Positions 15,053 through 28,825 of a DNA stretch of 64,000 nucleotides are shown piece after piece (position 1 is the stretch's first letter; every line of letters begins with the position of its first letter). Source of the DNA: the human T2T-CHM13v2.0 reference genome, Homo sapiens; NCBI RefSeq assembly GCF_009914755.1, contig NC_060933.1; one strand, 5' to 3'. The notes below the pieces were generated by a model. That model searched no databases, was not told where the DNA came from, and saw nothing but the letters and a program-made list of their open reading frames with translations. The position numbers were made by a program, and so were the translations under genes.

Positions 15053-16302
15053 AAGTCATGCACTTTCTAAAGCAAGAGAAACGTGTCAAGATGATCCATG
15101 GTCTATACTCACTATTAAGGTATATTAGAAACAAGAAAATTACTCTCTGCCCAGAGACAGGCAGGGATCAATACCCAATAATGTAAATCAAGCCCACAAA
15201 ATATTGAAAGAAAACTAATGTTTTGGCTCAGTGATTTTACAGAAAAGTGGTTATTTCCGTGTTTGCCAACTTAGAATAACTAGGGCCATTTTTAGGAGTC
15301 ACGCAAAATAATATGTAGAATACACACACATACACACACACATACACACAACAGATCAGTCTTTTCACCAAAAAAAGAGAAAGAAAAAAGAAAAAATACC
15401 CTGACACTCATGGCTATACTTTCCTGTTAGAGGTATGATTTAGATATATTATTACTGAGTGATAAAAGAAAATCCCCTTTAAGTCATGTTTACCTGGGGA
15501 GAAAAATGTTATAATATTTTCACATGTGCTTACTTACTAACATTATTTTAGTTGTCCAGACTATGATAAACAAGCTATTTTGAAGACAGTATATAAGGTA
15601 TATATGGGTACAGCTTATGAATTTCTGTGAAATACTTTCTAAGTTAATGCAATGACTGCAGGTGTGTAAATGGTTACTGAAAATATTTGTCTAATGGATT
15701 TAAAAGCTAAAACAACTGACTAGTGTGGGGGTACTTAACATATTTTAAAAAGAGCAAACTCAGTAAATCAAGGTGAAGAAATGGTCCTTACATGATAAGG
15801 CAATTGACAATGTCCCAAAGCCCCCCAAAAAATAACTGCCCTGCTCCAGGATGAGAGAGGGGAGTCAAATCTACAGAAGCTAATATTATAGACACAATAA
15901 TCTATATTGCTTGATACCAGCAGTGGGGGCAACAGCTCCCAGACCAGAGTCTCTAAAAAGTAGAACCACCTTACTACCTGAAGTTGCAGAGAGTAAAATT
16001 GTGATTTATCACAAATTATGCTAAATCCTGCATGTCTCCCAGAGTGCAGAATTTAAGACTGAGGGGGGCCTTTAGTGTATACAACCTAGAATGTATTTTT
16101 TTTCTCCTGTGATACATTACATTTTTGGGTTTTGGAATGAGAAGCATGGCCTTGGAGATTAACATAGAAAAGAGCAGTGTCTCAACCATTCTATATCATT
16201 CATGAATAGCGATCCTCCTTCCATTTTGACACAATTGTTATAAAATCTCTACATATTAAAAGGAAAAGAAAATGGAATAGAGTACATAGTTATAAAAATC
16301 TA

Positions 16303-16662
<360 letters not shown>

Positions 16663-17012
16663 TTAATCCAATTAGTAATAAATGTACTTACATGTGTTAC
16701 AAATGAATAATGTAACAATGATAAAGGGTATGCAAAAGAAAAGAACCTAACCTAAGTGATTTTGGCAAACACTATATTTTGACATAATTTAAGGCTAAAG
16801 ATGAACAATATTGTACATAAATATTGGACTCCATTTAGTAAATTTGTTTTTCAGAAGGGTATAAGAAAATAGGGAACTATATCATGGATTTTGAGAGCCA
16901 GATGAATCAGTCTGAGAATGGGGTTGTGAATACGAAATTGAGGAAGGATACAATAAACCCTCTGGTGTTAGGCTGAAATCTGAAATACCAGTATAAACTA
17001 ATGGTTTTCAAC

Positions 17013-17055
<43 letters not shown>

Positions 17056-17097
17056 TGGAGATAAACAGAAATAGGTGCAGATTGTGCATGTGTGTGT

Positions 17098-17579
17098 TGA
17101 AGGATGGGCGAATATGCCCCCAAAACATGCCACTTTGGCATAAGGATTATTTTGTCTATAGGCACTTGAAATACAGTATGTGCAGAAGAGATGCTCATGC
17201 CTCTCCTTTTCTTCCTGAAAACTCCCAAGTGAAAGCTTCCTCCCTTATACCTGGAAGAAAGAATTGTTCTTATCACCAGAGATGAGAGGTCGAAGCTGAA
17301 CAAATTCTGTAAAAATAGATCTTGTTAAAATAACTCTTATCATCTTATTTTCTTTTTCTCTCTCTATTTTAGTTACTTTCTCAATGCTGCCCCGTTTTTC
17401 AAGCTAGTATACAAGCACTTAGGTTTTGCCACTTGTGTCTTCATTTTCCTATGAGGGCTCCCATGTGTGTAAAAAAACTTTGTATGCTTTTGTCCTATTA
17501 ATATGTCTTATGTCAAATTAATTATCAGGCCCAGCCAGAGACCCTAAAAGAGGAAAGGTAAAATTTTGCACCCCCTACA
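17098..17579 (+). mobile_element. MER34/MER39-like ERV1 solo LTR
   Basis: TG...CA termini; GAATATGCCCCCAAAACATGCCACTTTGGCATAAGGATTATTTTG start; 4-bp TSD GTGT inside a TG repeat. Confidence 0.8.
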
Positions 17580-17682
17580 GTGTGTGTGTGTGTGTGTGTG
17601 TGTGTTTGTATGTATTTATATGCAACCCAGGAACAATAAATACACTTAGTACCTAGATGTTGCCCTAAATATCATTCTTCCA

Positions 17683-18666
17683 GAAAGAAATAAAGGGTAT
17701 GAAAATTGGAAAAGAAAAAGTCAAACTATTGCTGTTCATCCATGATATGATTGTATATGATATGATTGTATAGTTTGAAAGCCCTAGGCTCTTCCAAAAC
17801 AATCCTAGATTTGAAAACAAATGCAGTTAGTCTCAGGTTACAAAATCAATGCACACAAATCAGTAGCACTGCTACACACCAACAATAACCAAGCTGAGAA
17901 TCAAATCAAGAACTCAATCCCCTTCACAATAGTGTCAAAAACATAAAAGAAAATGCCTTAGAATATACTTAACCAGGAAGGTGAAAGATCTCTACAAGGA
18001 GAACTACAAAACACTGCTGAAAGAAATCATAGTTAACACACACAAATGGAAACACATTCCAGGCTCATGGGTTGAAAGAATCAGTATCGTGAAAATGACA
18101 ACGCTACTAAGAGCCATCCACAGATTCAATGCAATTCCTATCAAAATATCAACATAATTTTTCACAGAATTAGAAAAAGCAATCCTAAAATTCATATGGA
18201 GCCAAAAAAAGAGCCTGAATAGCCAAAGCAATCCAAAGCCAAAAGAACAAATGTGCAGGCATCTCATTATCTGACTTCAAGTTATACTGCAAGCTATAGT
18301 AACCAAAACAGCATGGTACTCGCAAAGAAGTAGACACATAAACCAACGAAACAGAATAGAGAACACAGAAATAAAGCCAAATAGTTACAACTAACTGATC
18401 TTCGACAAAGCATACAAAAACATAAACTGGGGAAAGGAAATTCCATTTAATAAATGGTACTGAGGAAACTAGATAGCCATATGCAGAAGAACGAAACTGA
18501 ATTTTTCTATCTTATCTTATACAAAACTCAACTCTAGATGGATCAAAGACTAAGACCTGAAACCATAAAAATTATGGAAGATAACCTAGAAAAAACTCTT
18601 CTGAACTTTGGCGTAGGCAAAGAATTTATCACTAAGACCTCAAAAGCAAATGAAACAAACAAACAA
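17683..18666 (+). mobile_element. L1 (L1PB/L1MA-like) internal ORF2 fragment lacking the 3' end, with TSD
   Basis: Codes EKEIKG...PKAN of ORF2. Flanked by AAATATCATTCTT(C/G)CA at 17667-17682 and 18667-18682. Confidence 0.8.
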
Positions 18667-20033
18667 AAATATCATTCTTGCAATGAAATGAAATAGAGCT
18701 CTTAAAAAAATGTTGATGCCAGAGCTAGAGCAAGAAAGCATAAGACACACCTGGAACACGTGTAGTGTCAGAAAGTAAGGCATTCCATATTCAAAAAATG
18801 ATGTTGGCTGATCTAAAAGATGCAGAATTCAACTTGAAAGATCTCCCATTGGCTAAATATAGAAAAGTTTTAGCAACAACAATAATGAAGAATTAACTAG
18901 ACAATAAAATAAATACATTATTTCATAACAATATAATTAACAATTGAGTAAATGAGTACATTGGGTAGAAGAGATCACTTTTTATTACAGTAGAATTCCA
19001 ATTAAAAATGTAGAAAAATAGAGAAAATAGAAAATTATCTTCGTCAATCACTGCAGTAATAACTTCCATGGGCAAGAAGCATAGAAGATGCTAATATTAA
19101 TTAAAATTATTGAGAAAGTTTGATTAGATATGATATTTTCAGAGCCTTAAACTATTTTCACACAAAGTATTTACTGAATGCAAAAACAAAAGTAATTACT
19201 TTACAGTGACGTGACCTGGCAGAACCTACCTGAACAAAGTTATCTAGGTTAACATTACACAATATTGGGACAAATAGATGTCATATAACTTCTGATATGA
19301 TATACTGGGAAGGCATTAAATTACTTCTGTAGTAAAATTACCAAAAATTTACAACTTCAGTTTAATTACAAAAATATAAGGCAAATACAAACTGGAATAA
19401 ATTCTATAAAATAATTGACCAGTAGTATTTCAATACAGCAGTCATTTAAAAAAAAAGAACAGCTCTCTTGTATTGAAGATTGGAAAAACATGACAATTAA
19501 ATAGGAGCTGGGATCCTGAATTGGACTTACATAACAAAAAAGGCATTGGTGGGATAATTAGTAAAAACTGAATAGGGCCTATAGATTAATTAATACTATG
19601 ATACATAGCAAAATTACTTTCCTGGTTTTGCTAATTGTACTACCCTGTAACTATGTTTGATGTAAACATTTGGAGAATTTGGGTGAAGGGCATACAGAAA
19701 GTTTTTGTGTTATTTTTGCAACTATTTTATGTCAAATTATTTCAATTTATAAAATAAAAGAAAAAATCAAAATGTTAAAAACAGTGGTATAGACAACAGT
19801 GTTATAACAGTTCTCAATAATAAATAAAATTGGGAAGGAAAGAAATAGAGTGAAAAGAACTAGATTTGCAGAAACAGATATATTATAAATGTTTACTTTT
19901 TGCTAGGCATTTTACTTCTTTATTTATTATACTCCCACAATATCCATTGAGAAAATACACTTTTTATTATCGGCAGGTGAAAAAATAGTATATTATTTAA
20001 TATGTTTGTTGGATATAATCAGATTCACGTATC

Positions 20034-20070
<37 letters not shown>
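20034..20070. repeat. (TCTA)n / GATA-type tetranucleotide STR
   Basis: About 9 perfect TCTA units. Confidence 0.95.
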
Positions 20071-20829
20071 TGCAATACAAACAGGGATTCGCAATACTTT
20101 TAGACTACAACTGTGTCCACAGAACCCAAATATAACAAGGTGGTAGTGACCCAGAAAGGAGCATAAGAAAAATGAGAGAGCCATCAATGTTTTCTGGATC
20201 TTACATTTTTTTCTCTATTTACATATTTTTTAGTCTTTATTTCTCCATTTTTAAACTTTCTTTTAGTACTTCTTAGTCATCATGGTAGATTACTGAAGCC
20301 CCAGTTGTAGGGGTACAATTACTGTACCCCCAATTGTAGGGTTACAATTATGTTTTATAGCCATACACAGATTAACTGGATTAACCCAAATTGCAATTTG
20401 AAACTTTACTGTAGTACAAATATGGCTGCTTCAAGTTAAATTGTGTGTGAGTTGGAGGAAGAGAGGGAGTGAGATTAGATGGAGGCAGCAGTGTTTCCAG
20501 AACCAGTAAAAATATAGGTACTATACTTTGCTCTTCTTACCATCTTATCTCTGCTTCTGCTTTTGTATCAGCCTTACTTTCTTTGTTTAGACCAGCTCTC
20601 CATGGTTTTTCATATACATCGTGAATGCCTACACACGCACACAGGCTTCCTTTAACCAGTACAGAAAATCGTTTTGTGCACAGGTTTATTCAACTTTGAC
20701 TTGAGAGTTTGATCTTATAAAGTGCAACCATGGCTGTTGGAGGCCACATTCATAGTTGAGCTTAGAACATTCTGGGAGAAAATGAAAGAACAGGTAAGAA
20801 AGGTAGACACACAAAAGCAGCCACACTGA

Positions 20830-20910
20830 ATAGGTTTGGATTTCAGCTTCATTAATGTAAAGCAAATGACCTTAAGAGGTTGCTTAACCCCTCAGTAACT
20901 TTTCTCATTT

Positions 20911-20942
<32 letters not shown>

Positions 20943-21040
20943 CTTCTAGACTTAGGATTAATGAATTGATACATCTAAACATCTAAAATCACTTAGAAAA
21001 GTTCCCGGCAAATATAAAGTACAGGGTAAATATTAGTTAT
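20830..21040 (+). mobile_element. MIR SINE remnant containing (TAA)n at 20912-20942
   Basis: MIR core-like GACCTT...TTAACCCCTCAGTAACTTTTCTCATTTGTAA. Confidence 0.55.
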
Positions 21041-22357
21041 CTATTTTTATCAACAGAAAGTAGACCTGCTTGGTAAAAGTACAAGAGGTGAAGATAAAAG
21101 TAATGCAATAATACCAGTAAAAATATGTTTGAATATAAAGAAAATAAAATTATATTTGATTGGAGTTGCAAAAGAAAATAGAATGAGGCCAAAACTACAG
21201 GAATAGAAGATTATTAAAAGTCTGGAAAATGTCATAAAGAAGGCTTTTCATCCTACCTTTAGCGTCCGACATCACTTTGGATATAAAATACATGAATAAG
21301 CTTCAGTAAAAATGCTGTTCCAATGTAATCTATATAAACAGTCTATATATTTGTCAAGAATTACTGGTTGTGAAAGAGAAGTGAGTGTCAGCTTCAGCCT
21401 TTTGGAAGAAGAGAGCTATTTATTTATTTTTTATTGGTATTGTAGATACTAGATCATGTTGTTTGTCTTATCTGCAAAGTCCTTTTTGGCCTTGCATTTC
21501 AGGTGAATGTAAATCAAAAGCCTTTAAAGTTATGGATCCTGATGATTCACATGGTAATCTTGCAAACACAGCAGGGAAATATACGACTTGCAAATTGCTT
21601 AACTGACATCTCTGGTATTATCCTAAAATATTGTTGCAGTAGAACTCATTTTATAATATCTCAGCTTGATGATATTTTAAAACTTTACCTTTCTCAAGAT
21701 AGATATATTGCCATCCATTTGCATACTTTTATTTTTTAAATTGTATGTGGATTGAAGGGCAGGGTGCTTTATTTCAGAATAACTAAAATATACCCTTTTC
21801 ATATGAGCCATTCTTAAATGTGTTAAACTTCTTATATTGAATTTTTAAAAATTTCTTAACATTTGAATTTCTTATCATTATAAGTTATGATTGAACTTGC
21901 CTATAAATTAACACAACGTTGCTAAAGATTTTCAATTTTGGATTACCTTATTCCATGAAAAAAATGCCTATTAAATGTAGAATTAATCGTTGGTGCTTTC
22001 AAATGATGATAATACCTTTAATGCAATTTTTCATCAATGTAATATACATTTCCCACAATCAGCATTATAACGTACTTAGCGATTTTACACATGGCTCTTT
22101 TCACTCAAGTAGCTCATGCTGCAGAAATGTAAGTGTAGAGCTATATTCTCACAGATTGTTATTAATTAAACCTAGGTTTCATAATGACATTGTCATTGTG
22201 ATTTCAATGCAGACATATGCTTTCATACACATTTAAAGAACAACATTGAAATTATTTTCATATATTAGAAAATATTCTTACTATCCATACCTTGACAAGT
22301 AGATATTGCAAGGTGTAATTGGAGAGATGCTGTTCAACTCAAGGAGTATTAAGACTA

Positions 22358-22945
<588 letters not shown>

Positions 22946-25900
22946 TTAAATGAAATAAGAAAAAATAAGAATGTAAATGGAAAGAAGAGAAATGTTTCTT
23001 TTAACGTAAAGGAAATATTTGCATTGAGGAACAAAATTGATTTAAAATATGGAATTCTTATCTGCAGACATTCAATCCAATTTGATTCAAATTGTGTCAG
23101 TGTAACTAAAGATACCCATTTTGATCCACTCAACACCGAGAAGGGGAGGGCAAGCAAGTTAATTCCCTCATGAAATAAAATATTCTTTGCAGTTTTGGAG
23201 CTATTTTTGCTCCCTCTGTTTTGCCTCTTATTACTTTTATGTAGCAATTGCAAAACTTGCCAAGGTGAAATGTTTTGAAACAAGAATGCATCATTGGCAC
23301 TACTCATCATGCTTTTAGTTGAGGCTTTATAGGAAACTGAAATAGGAATATATGGAGGAAGTTTAATATAATAAATATGAAAGAAACTGAATGAAAGAGG
23401 AATAACATTAGGTTTACTGAAGATAGGAAGGACATCTTGAATACAAGCACAAACAATGGAACATGTGGACAAGAATTTAAATTTGTTTCCATATAGGCTA
23501 TTGGGTTTTACCATGTGTATTAATAATGGTGACATTAATTTGGAACAGGAGTTAATTTTCTCTATGCCTGACCAGTGGGAACAAACAAGGTCTCAGTAGA
23601 CATGAGAGATATTTTCAATATATTTCCAGATTATTCAAGTGAATGCCTGGTATTTTTCTTAATAACTTTATTAATTAGTATTTTCAATATTGCCAATGCA
23701 TCTCTAAGGTAGCTAAATTTTATCCCAAAAATAGTTAATTACTAATTAACAAAATTTAATTAACATTTTAATGAATACATTTTCTTTATGAGATGGCATT
23801 GGGTGAAGTTTCTAGTTCTCAGATTTAATAGTCAATTATGTATCAAACACTGACAAAATTACATCATCATCATTAAAGCATTGTATTTACACACACTTAT
23901 TTTCCCTTATTTATGGCTGAAAAAACAAAGTTGTAAAGGTATAAATGTTGGTGAGGATATACACATATATAAAACAGAGAAAATAGATGATAGATTCTCA
24001 ACTGATGTGTAAAGTTCTTTTGATCAGTTTTGGATGCATTTTGTATGGTGTGGAAATTAAGTACGAATTAACAATTATATACCCTTTCCCTTCCAATATA
24101 AAATATTAGCTTCAACAACCATACTACTCTATGTGACGTTCTGCTTGACTAATGTCCTCCTTTGTCATATTTGAAGGTGTTTAGGTGGGTGCTCCTTAAA
24201 GAATGCATGGTTTTCATAACTTTCTACTTGCCTAAAGTATATTTTAAGTCTTGCTGGATAATCAAATGCTTTTTAGTCTGGGCTTGTGGTTTCTCTAGAA
24301 ATCAATTGCTTCACTATCTTTTATATTCATCTGTTTCGCTTCCCTGTGACATCAACTCCATCTGAAGATCTTTATTAGATATTCGGCAAAATTATGCTAT
24401 TTCTTTGACCTCTCGTTCCCTTACTTCTCTCTCAATTTAATGGCAAGCTAGAACAGTATCTATTGTCTGAAGTCAGGTGGAATAAAGGGTGGAAAAGCCA
24501 TATATTTGATCTGTTTTGTGCCAAAAAGTGGAATCATTTTGATCAGCTGAAAAATATTATGAGGGCTATATAGCTGAGAGCCTTTTCCATCTTGTCTTTT
24601 ACAGGGATCTAGAAACATTTGTCTCATTCAATTTTTGGACATTGAAAACTTCCGGACCCTTTTCATTTGCTTCATTTCTACTTGCAGAACTCACCAATTC
24701 TCTCTGGAGCTTGTACATTTCGGATTTAAGATTGTCAAATGTGATCAATAAAAAACAGCACACATTACTAAAATTCTGGTTTCCAAATTATTTCCTTAGA
24801 AATACAACTGTAGTAGTCATGTATTCTAACTTCCATGTTAATCATAGATGGGTTTTCTCCCATCTATGGGAGAGTATAGATGGATTTGGCAGTGTATAGA
24901 TGGATTTTCAGCAATGAAGCCTGCTTTATGTTTTAATGAGTTGCCTTTTGTAAGAATCCTATGCCAGTGTTATCTGTTTTAGATTTACTTTTTATCACTG
25001 TAAACTAAGTAGTCTAATGAACAATTTTAAAATCTCGCTGGATTTCTTGCTCCTGCCACAGCCCAAAGCAGTTCAGTTTCTCCTTTCCAAGGGATGACTG
25101 AGGAACCTAGGTTCCATCATATTAAACATTTTGATTAAAAAAAAAGGGCACTGTTGTCTTTCAGTCAACAGAAATGTGAGAGAGAGATATAAGTGAGGTT
25201 GGTGGGGCTTGAAGAGACATATCATGTTTATCATTTAGCTCACTATTAAGGTTAAAAATCAACTATATGACTCTATTAAGAAGCAAGAAAAAATGAGAAC
25301 TGAGGGAAAAATGAGGGAAATATAATTTAGCTATTTTCTAGGCATAGAAAATCGATTCAGTCATCACATATCATGTCTGTATATCTGTGTCCTGGCTACC
25401 TGGCTACTTCACACTTTCCCAAGCAAGACTAAGACAAAGTCTCATTGAGTTACTCTGTCCTACCAAAATACAGGATCTCCATGTGTCCTGGAATCCTTCC
25501 CATGTAGTTTGTGATTCAGATATAATTCCTCTGGGTCTTGTAACCTACAGACCAAAGAGAAATGTTACCTCCTCGCATGCCCCTCACGTATATTACATAC
25601 TATTTAAGTTTTTAAAAACTCATGTGAAAAGAAAAGAATGTAAGACACAACTAAATGGTCCACGGCAATGTAAAATTCTCTCAGCATCAGACATTATGAA
25701 TATTTCCAATGCATATTGAGAGAATAAGAAATTCAATGACTCATAATTATAGAAGTTGAGGACTTGAACTCTTTAGGCTGGAGTGTTAGTTTTTATTGAC
25801 AACATAATTATTTTAAAAGCAATTTACTAGGCTTCCAATCTATTTACTACCACCTAGTGCAACTTGGTAGTTATTAGGTCTTTCTTAATACAGTCTTCAA

Positions 25901-26031
25901 ATTCCTTTTACTCTTTGCTTTGATCTCTTTTCTCCTCTCTCCTTCTCTTTCCCCTCTCCTCCCTTCCCCTATTTTTTAACTTAATGGTGGCTTTCTTGAG
26001 GGTCTCAGGCTTTTTTAAAAAATGGCTGATA

Positions 26032-27326
26032 TTAGGATGGTGGAAAAGTAATTGAAGTTTTAGATCATGAATTTTAAATAATTATAACTAGGCTCAAACA
26101 CATTTTTATTAATCAAAATAGGAACCATTACAATCAACACATCTTTGCCAATTAGAAATAGGTTTCCTTATTCCTGTAGCATAAAAATCCATGCTTCAGG
26201 ATTTGACGCACTCTTGGAAAGCATTTTCTGCATTCTGCTCGTTGTGGAAGCATTTTCCCTGCAAAAAGTTGTCGAGATGCTTAAAAAAGTGGTAGTCAGT
26301 TGGAGAGAGGTCAGGTGAATATGTCGAATGAAGCAAAACTTTGTAGCCCAATTCATTCACCTTTTGAAGTGTTGGTTGTGCAAGGTGTGGTTGAGCACTG
26401 GTATGGAGAAGAATTAGGCCCTTTCTGTTGACCAATGCCAGCTGCAGGCATTGCAGTTTTTGGTGCATCTCATCAATTTGCTGAGTGTGCTTCTCAAATG
26501 TAATGGTTTAGCCGGGATTCGGAAAGCTGTAGTGGATCAGACTGGCAGCAGACCACCAAACAGTGACCATGACTTTTTTTGGTGCAAGTTTAGCTTTGGA
26601 AAGTGCTTTGGAGCTTCTTCTCAGTCCACCGACTGAGCTAGTCATCGCTGACTGTTGTATAAAGTTCACTTTTTGTCACATGTCACAATCCGATCAAGAA
26701 ATGGTTCATTGTTGCATAGAATAAGATGACACTTCAAAACACCTATTTTTTTTTCATTTTCGCTCAGCTCATGAGGCACTCACTTATCAAGCTTCTTCAC
26801 CTTTCCAATTTGCTTCAAATGCCAAATGACCACAGAATGTTCGACGTTGAGTTCTTCAGCCCCTTCTCATGTAGTTGTAAGAGAATCAGCTTTGATAATT
26901 GCTCTCAGTTGGTCATTGTTAATGGCCAGCCACTGTGCTCCTTATCTTCAAGGCTCTTGTCACCTTTGCAAAACTTTTTGAACCACCACTGCACTGCACA
27001 TTCGTTAGCAGTTTCTGGGCCAAGGGCATTGTTAATGTCGTGAGTTGTCCAAGCTGCTTTACTGCCCGTTTTGAACGCAAATAAGAAAATCGCTCGAATT
27101 TGCTTTTTGTCTAACGTCATTTGCATAGTCTAAAATAAATATAAAATAAACAGCAAGTAATGTCACTAACAACAACAGCAACAACAACAACAACAACAAA
27201 AACTAAAGGAGAAATGCACATTAAAATGATTTATAACATAACCACATTTATTTAAGAATGTATTCCAATACCAAATGGCAAATTTCAACAATGCAAAAAT
27301 TACAATTACTTTTGAACCAACCCATA
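26032..27326 (-). mobile_element. Full-length Hsmar1 mariner DNA transposon fossil (frameshifted transposase)
   Basis: Both TIRs present (TA|TTAGGATGGTGGAAAAGTAATTG ... CAATTACTTTTGAACCAACC), ~1.3 kb. Peptides LDKKQIRAIFLF...VQWWFKKFCKGD and YSPDLSPTDYHFFKHLDNFLQGK match the Hsmar1 transposase. Confidence 0.95.
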
Positions 27327-28469
27327 ATTACCATTTCAATTACTGGTTCTCAATGTACCTTTTTGCTTGAAGAATTTCTCAATCTACCCTCTACCTACTC
27401 TTTAAGGTATAAAAGAAGTTAGTTTCCCTATTCTCTCAAGGTGGTAACTTCTGGGCTTCATCTATTCCCTTGCAACTGGTCAATTCTCTCCTGAACACAT
27501 CTCTATCTTGTATTATTTTGCAAAATGCAGTTTATAGTAGCCAGTAGCTCACATTTTGATTCTGTGCTACCAGTTCTCCTAGCTAGATCTGCCAATTATT
27601 TGACAGGTACATGGCATGCCTTTAATATTTCAAAAGGAAAATATCAAATGTATTTCCACTGCATTACATTCCTGTCTCTGGTAAAATTCCCTGGCCATTC
27701 AACTGCTAATCCAATGATATTCATAACCTTTCCTTATTTTTGCTACCACCCTCTATACTGCACTGATCAGGGTAATTAATTCCACCTATTGCATCAAATA
27801 GAACAAAAAATGCTTTAATTTAACAAAATAAATATGCTCTTAATTAAAGTTAGGGTGGTAAGTGCTCTCTGTTCTAGGCCTATTTGAGGACATAGGCCTA
27901 CAAGTGGTTCTGCCATTTACTGGAGCTTTTATCTACTGGATCTTCTACATCTATAGCTGAGAAGGACAAAGACAGATTTTGAGACTCATAGGAGAAGTTT
28001 TAGAGGCCAGAACTAAAATTAGAAAACACTGCTATCAGCAACATTTCATCTGGTAGCTCTGGTGACATGTCTCCTGCTTGGCTACAAAATGCAAACTTCC
28101 TGTATGCTGAAAAGCATATTGAAATATTGAGATAAATGCATAGTATTATCTCTGTCTCATGATAGGGTCTAGAACAAGATATGCAGGGTGTCTTTAAAAT
28201 TTGAGATTTCTGGTTTGGGGTTTAACTTTTTTTTTTTTTTTTTTAGCTTTATCCTCTAGCAAAAGCCACTGCTGTCTACAAAACAAAACAAAACAAAACA
28301 AAAAACATGGTATGAAGTACCTCTATTGTTACCTTTGTATGTAATTCTAAGTCCTAAGTCTGTCACCCAGACTGTGTCTAGCTTCTAAGCAGCCTTCCTG
28401 TGAACATGTGTTGGGTTATGATTTACTCTTGTTGTGTTTTATAGTCATCTGAATTCACCTATTTTCTAT

Positions 28470-28825
28470 CTATAATAGTAATTTTGTGTGTTAACTTGAC
28501 GGGGGGGGGGGGCATGGTATGCCCAGATATTTGGTCAAGCATTATTCTGGATGTTTCTGTGAGGGAGTTTTGAATTTGTATAACATTTAAATAGACTGAG
28601 GAAAGCAGGTTACCCTTTCTAGTGCAGGTGGGCCTCATTCAATCAATTGACAGCATGACTAGAGCAAAAGGATGACCCTCATCTGAAGAAGAGGGAATTT
28701 CCCCTAAGTGATTGCGTTTGAATTGAGACATATTTCTTTCCTGTCTTTAAACTTGAACTGAAACATCAGCTCTTTCTAAATCTCTGGCTGCTGGCCTACA
28801 GAGTAAAATTTACATAATCAACACT
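28470..28825 (+). mobile_element. MLT2-type ERVL LTR fragment (contains a G12 run at 28501-28512)
   Basis: TAATTTTGTGTGTTAACTTGAC...GCCCAGATATTTGGTCAAGCATTATTCTGGATGTTTCTGTGAGG, typical of an MLT2 5' end. Confidence 0.75.

Noticed and set aside
26168-27126. Mariner transposase ORFs as SETMAR or a new domesticated gene
   Set aside because: Flanked by TIRs, with frameshifts and stops, a lost HDNA motif and no SET-domain exons nearby.
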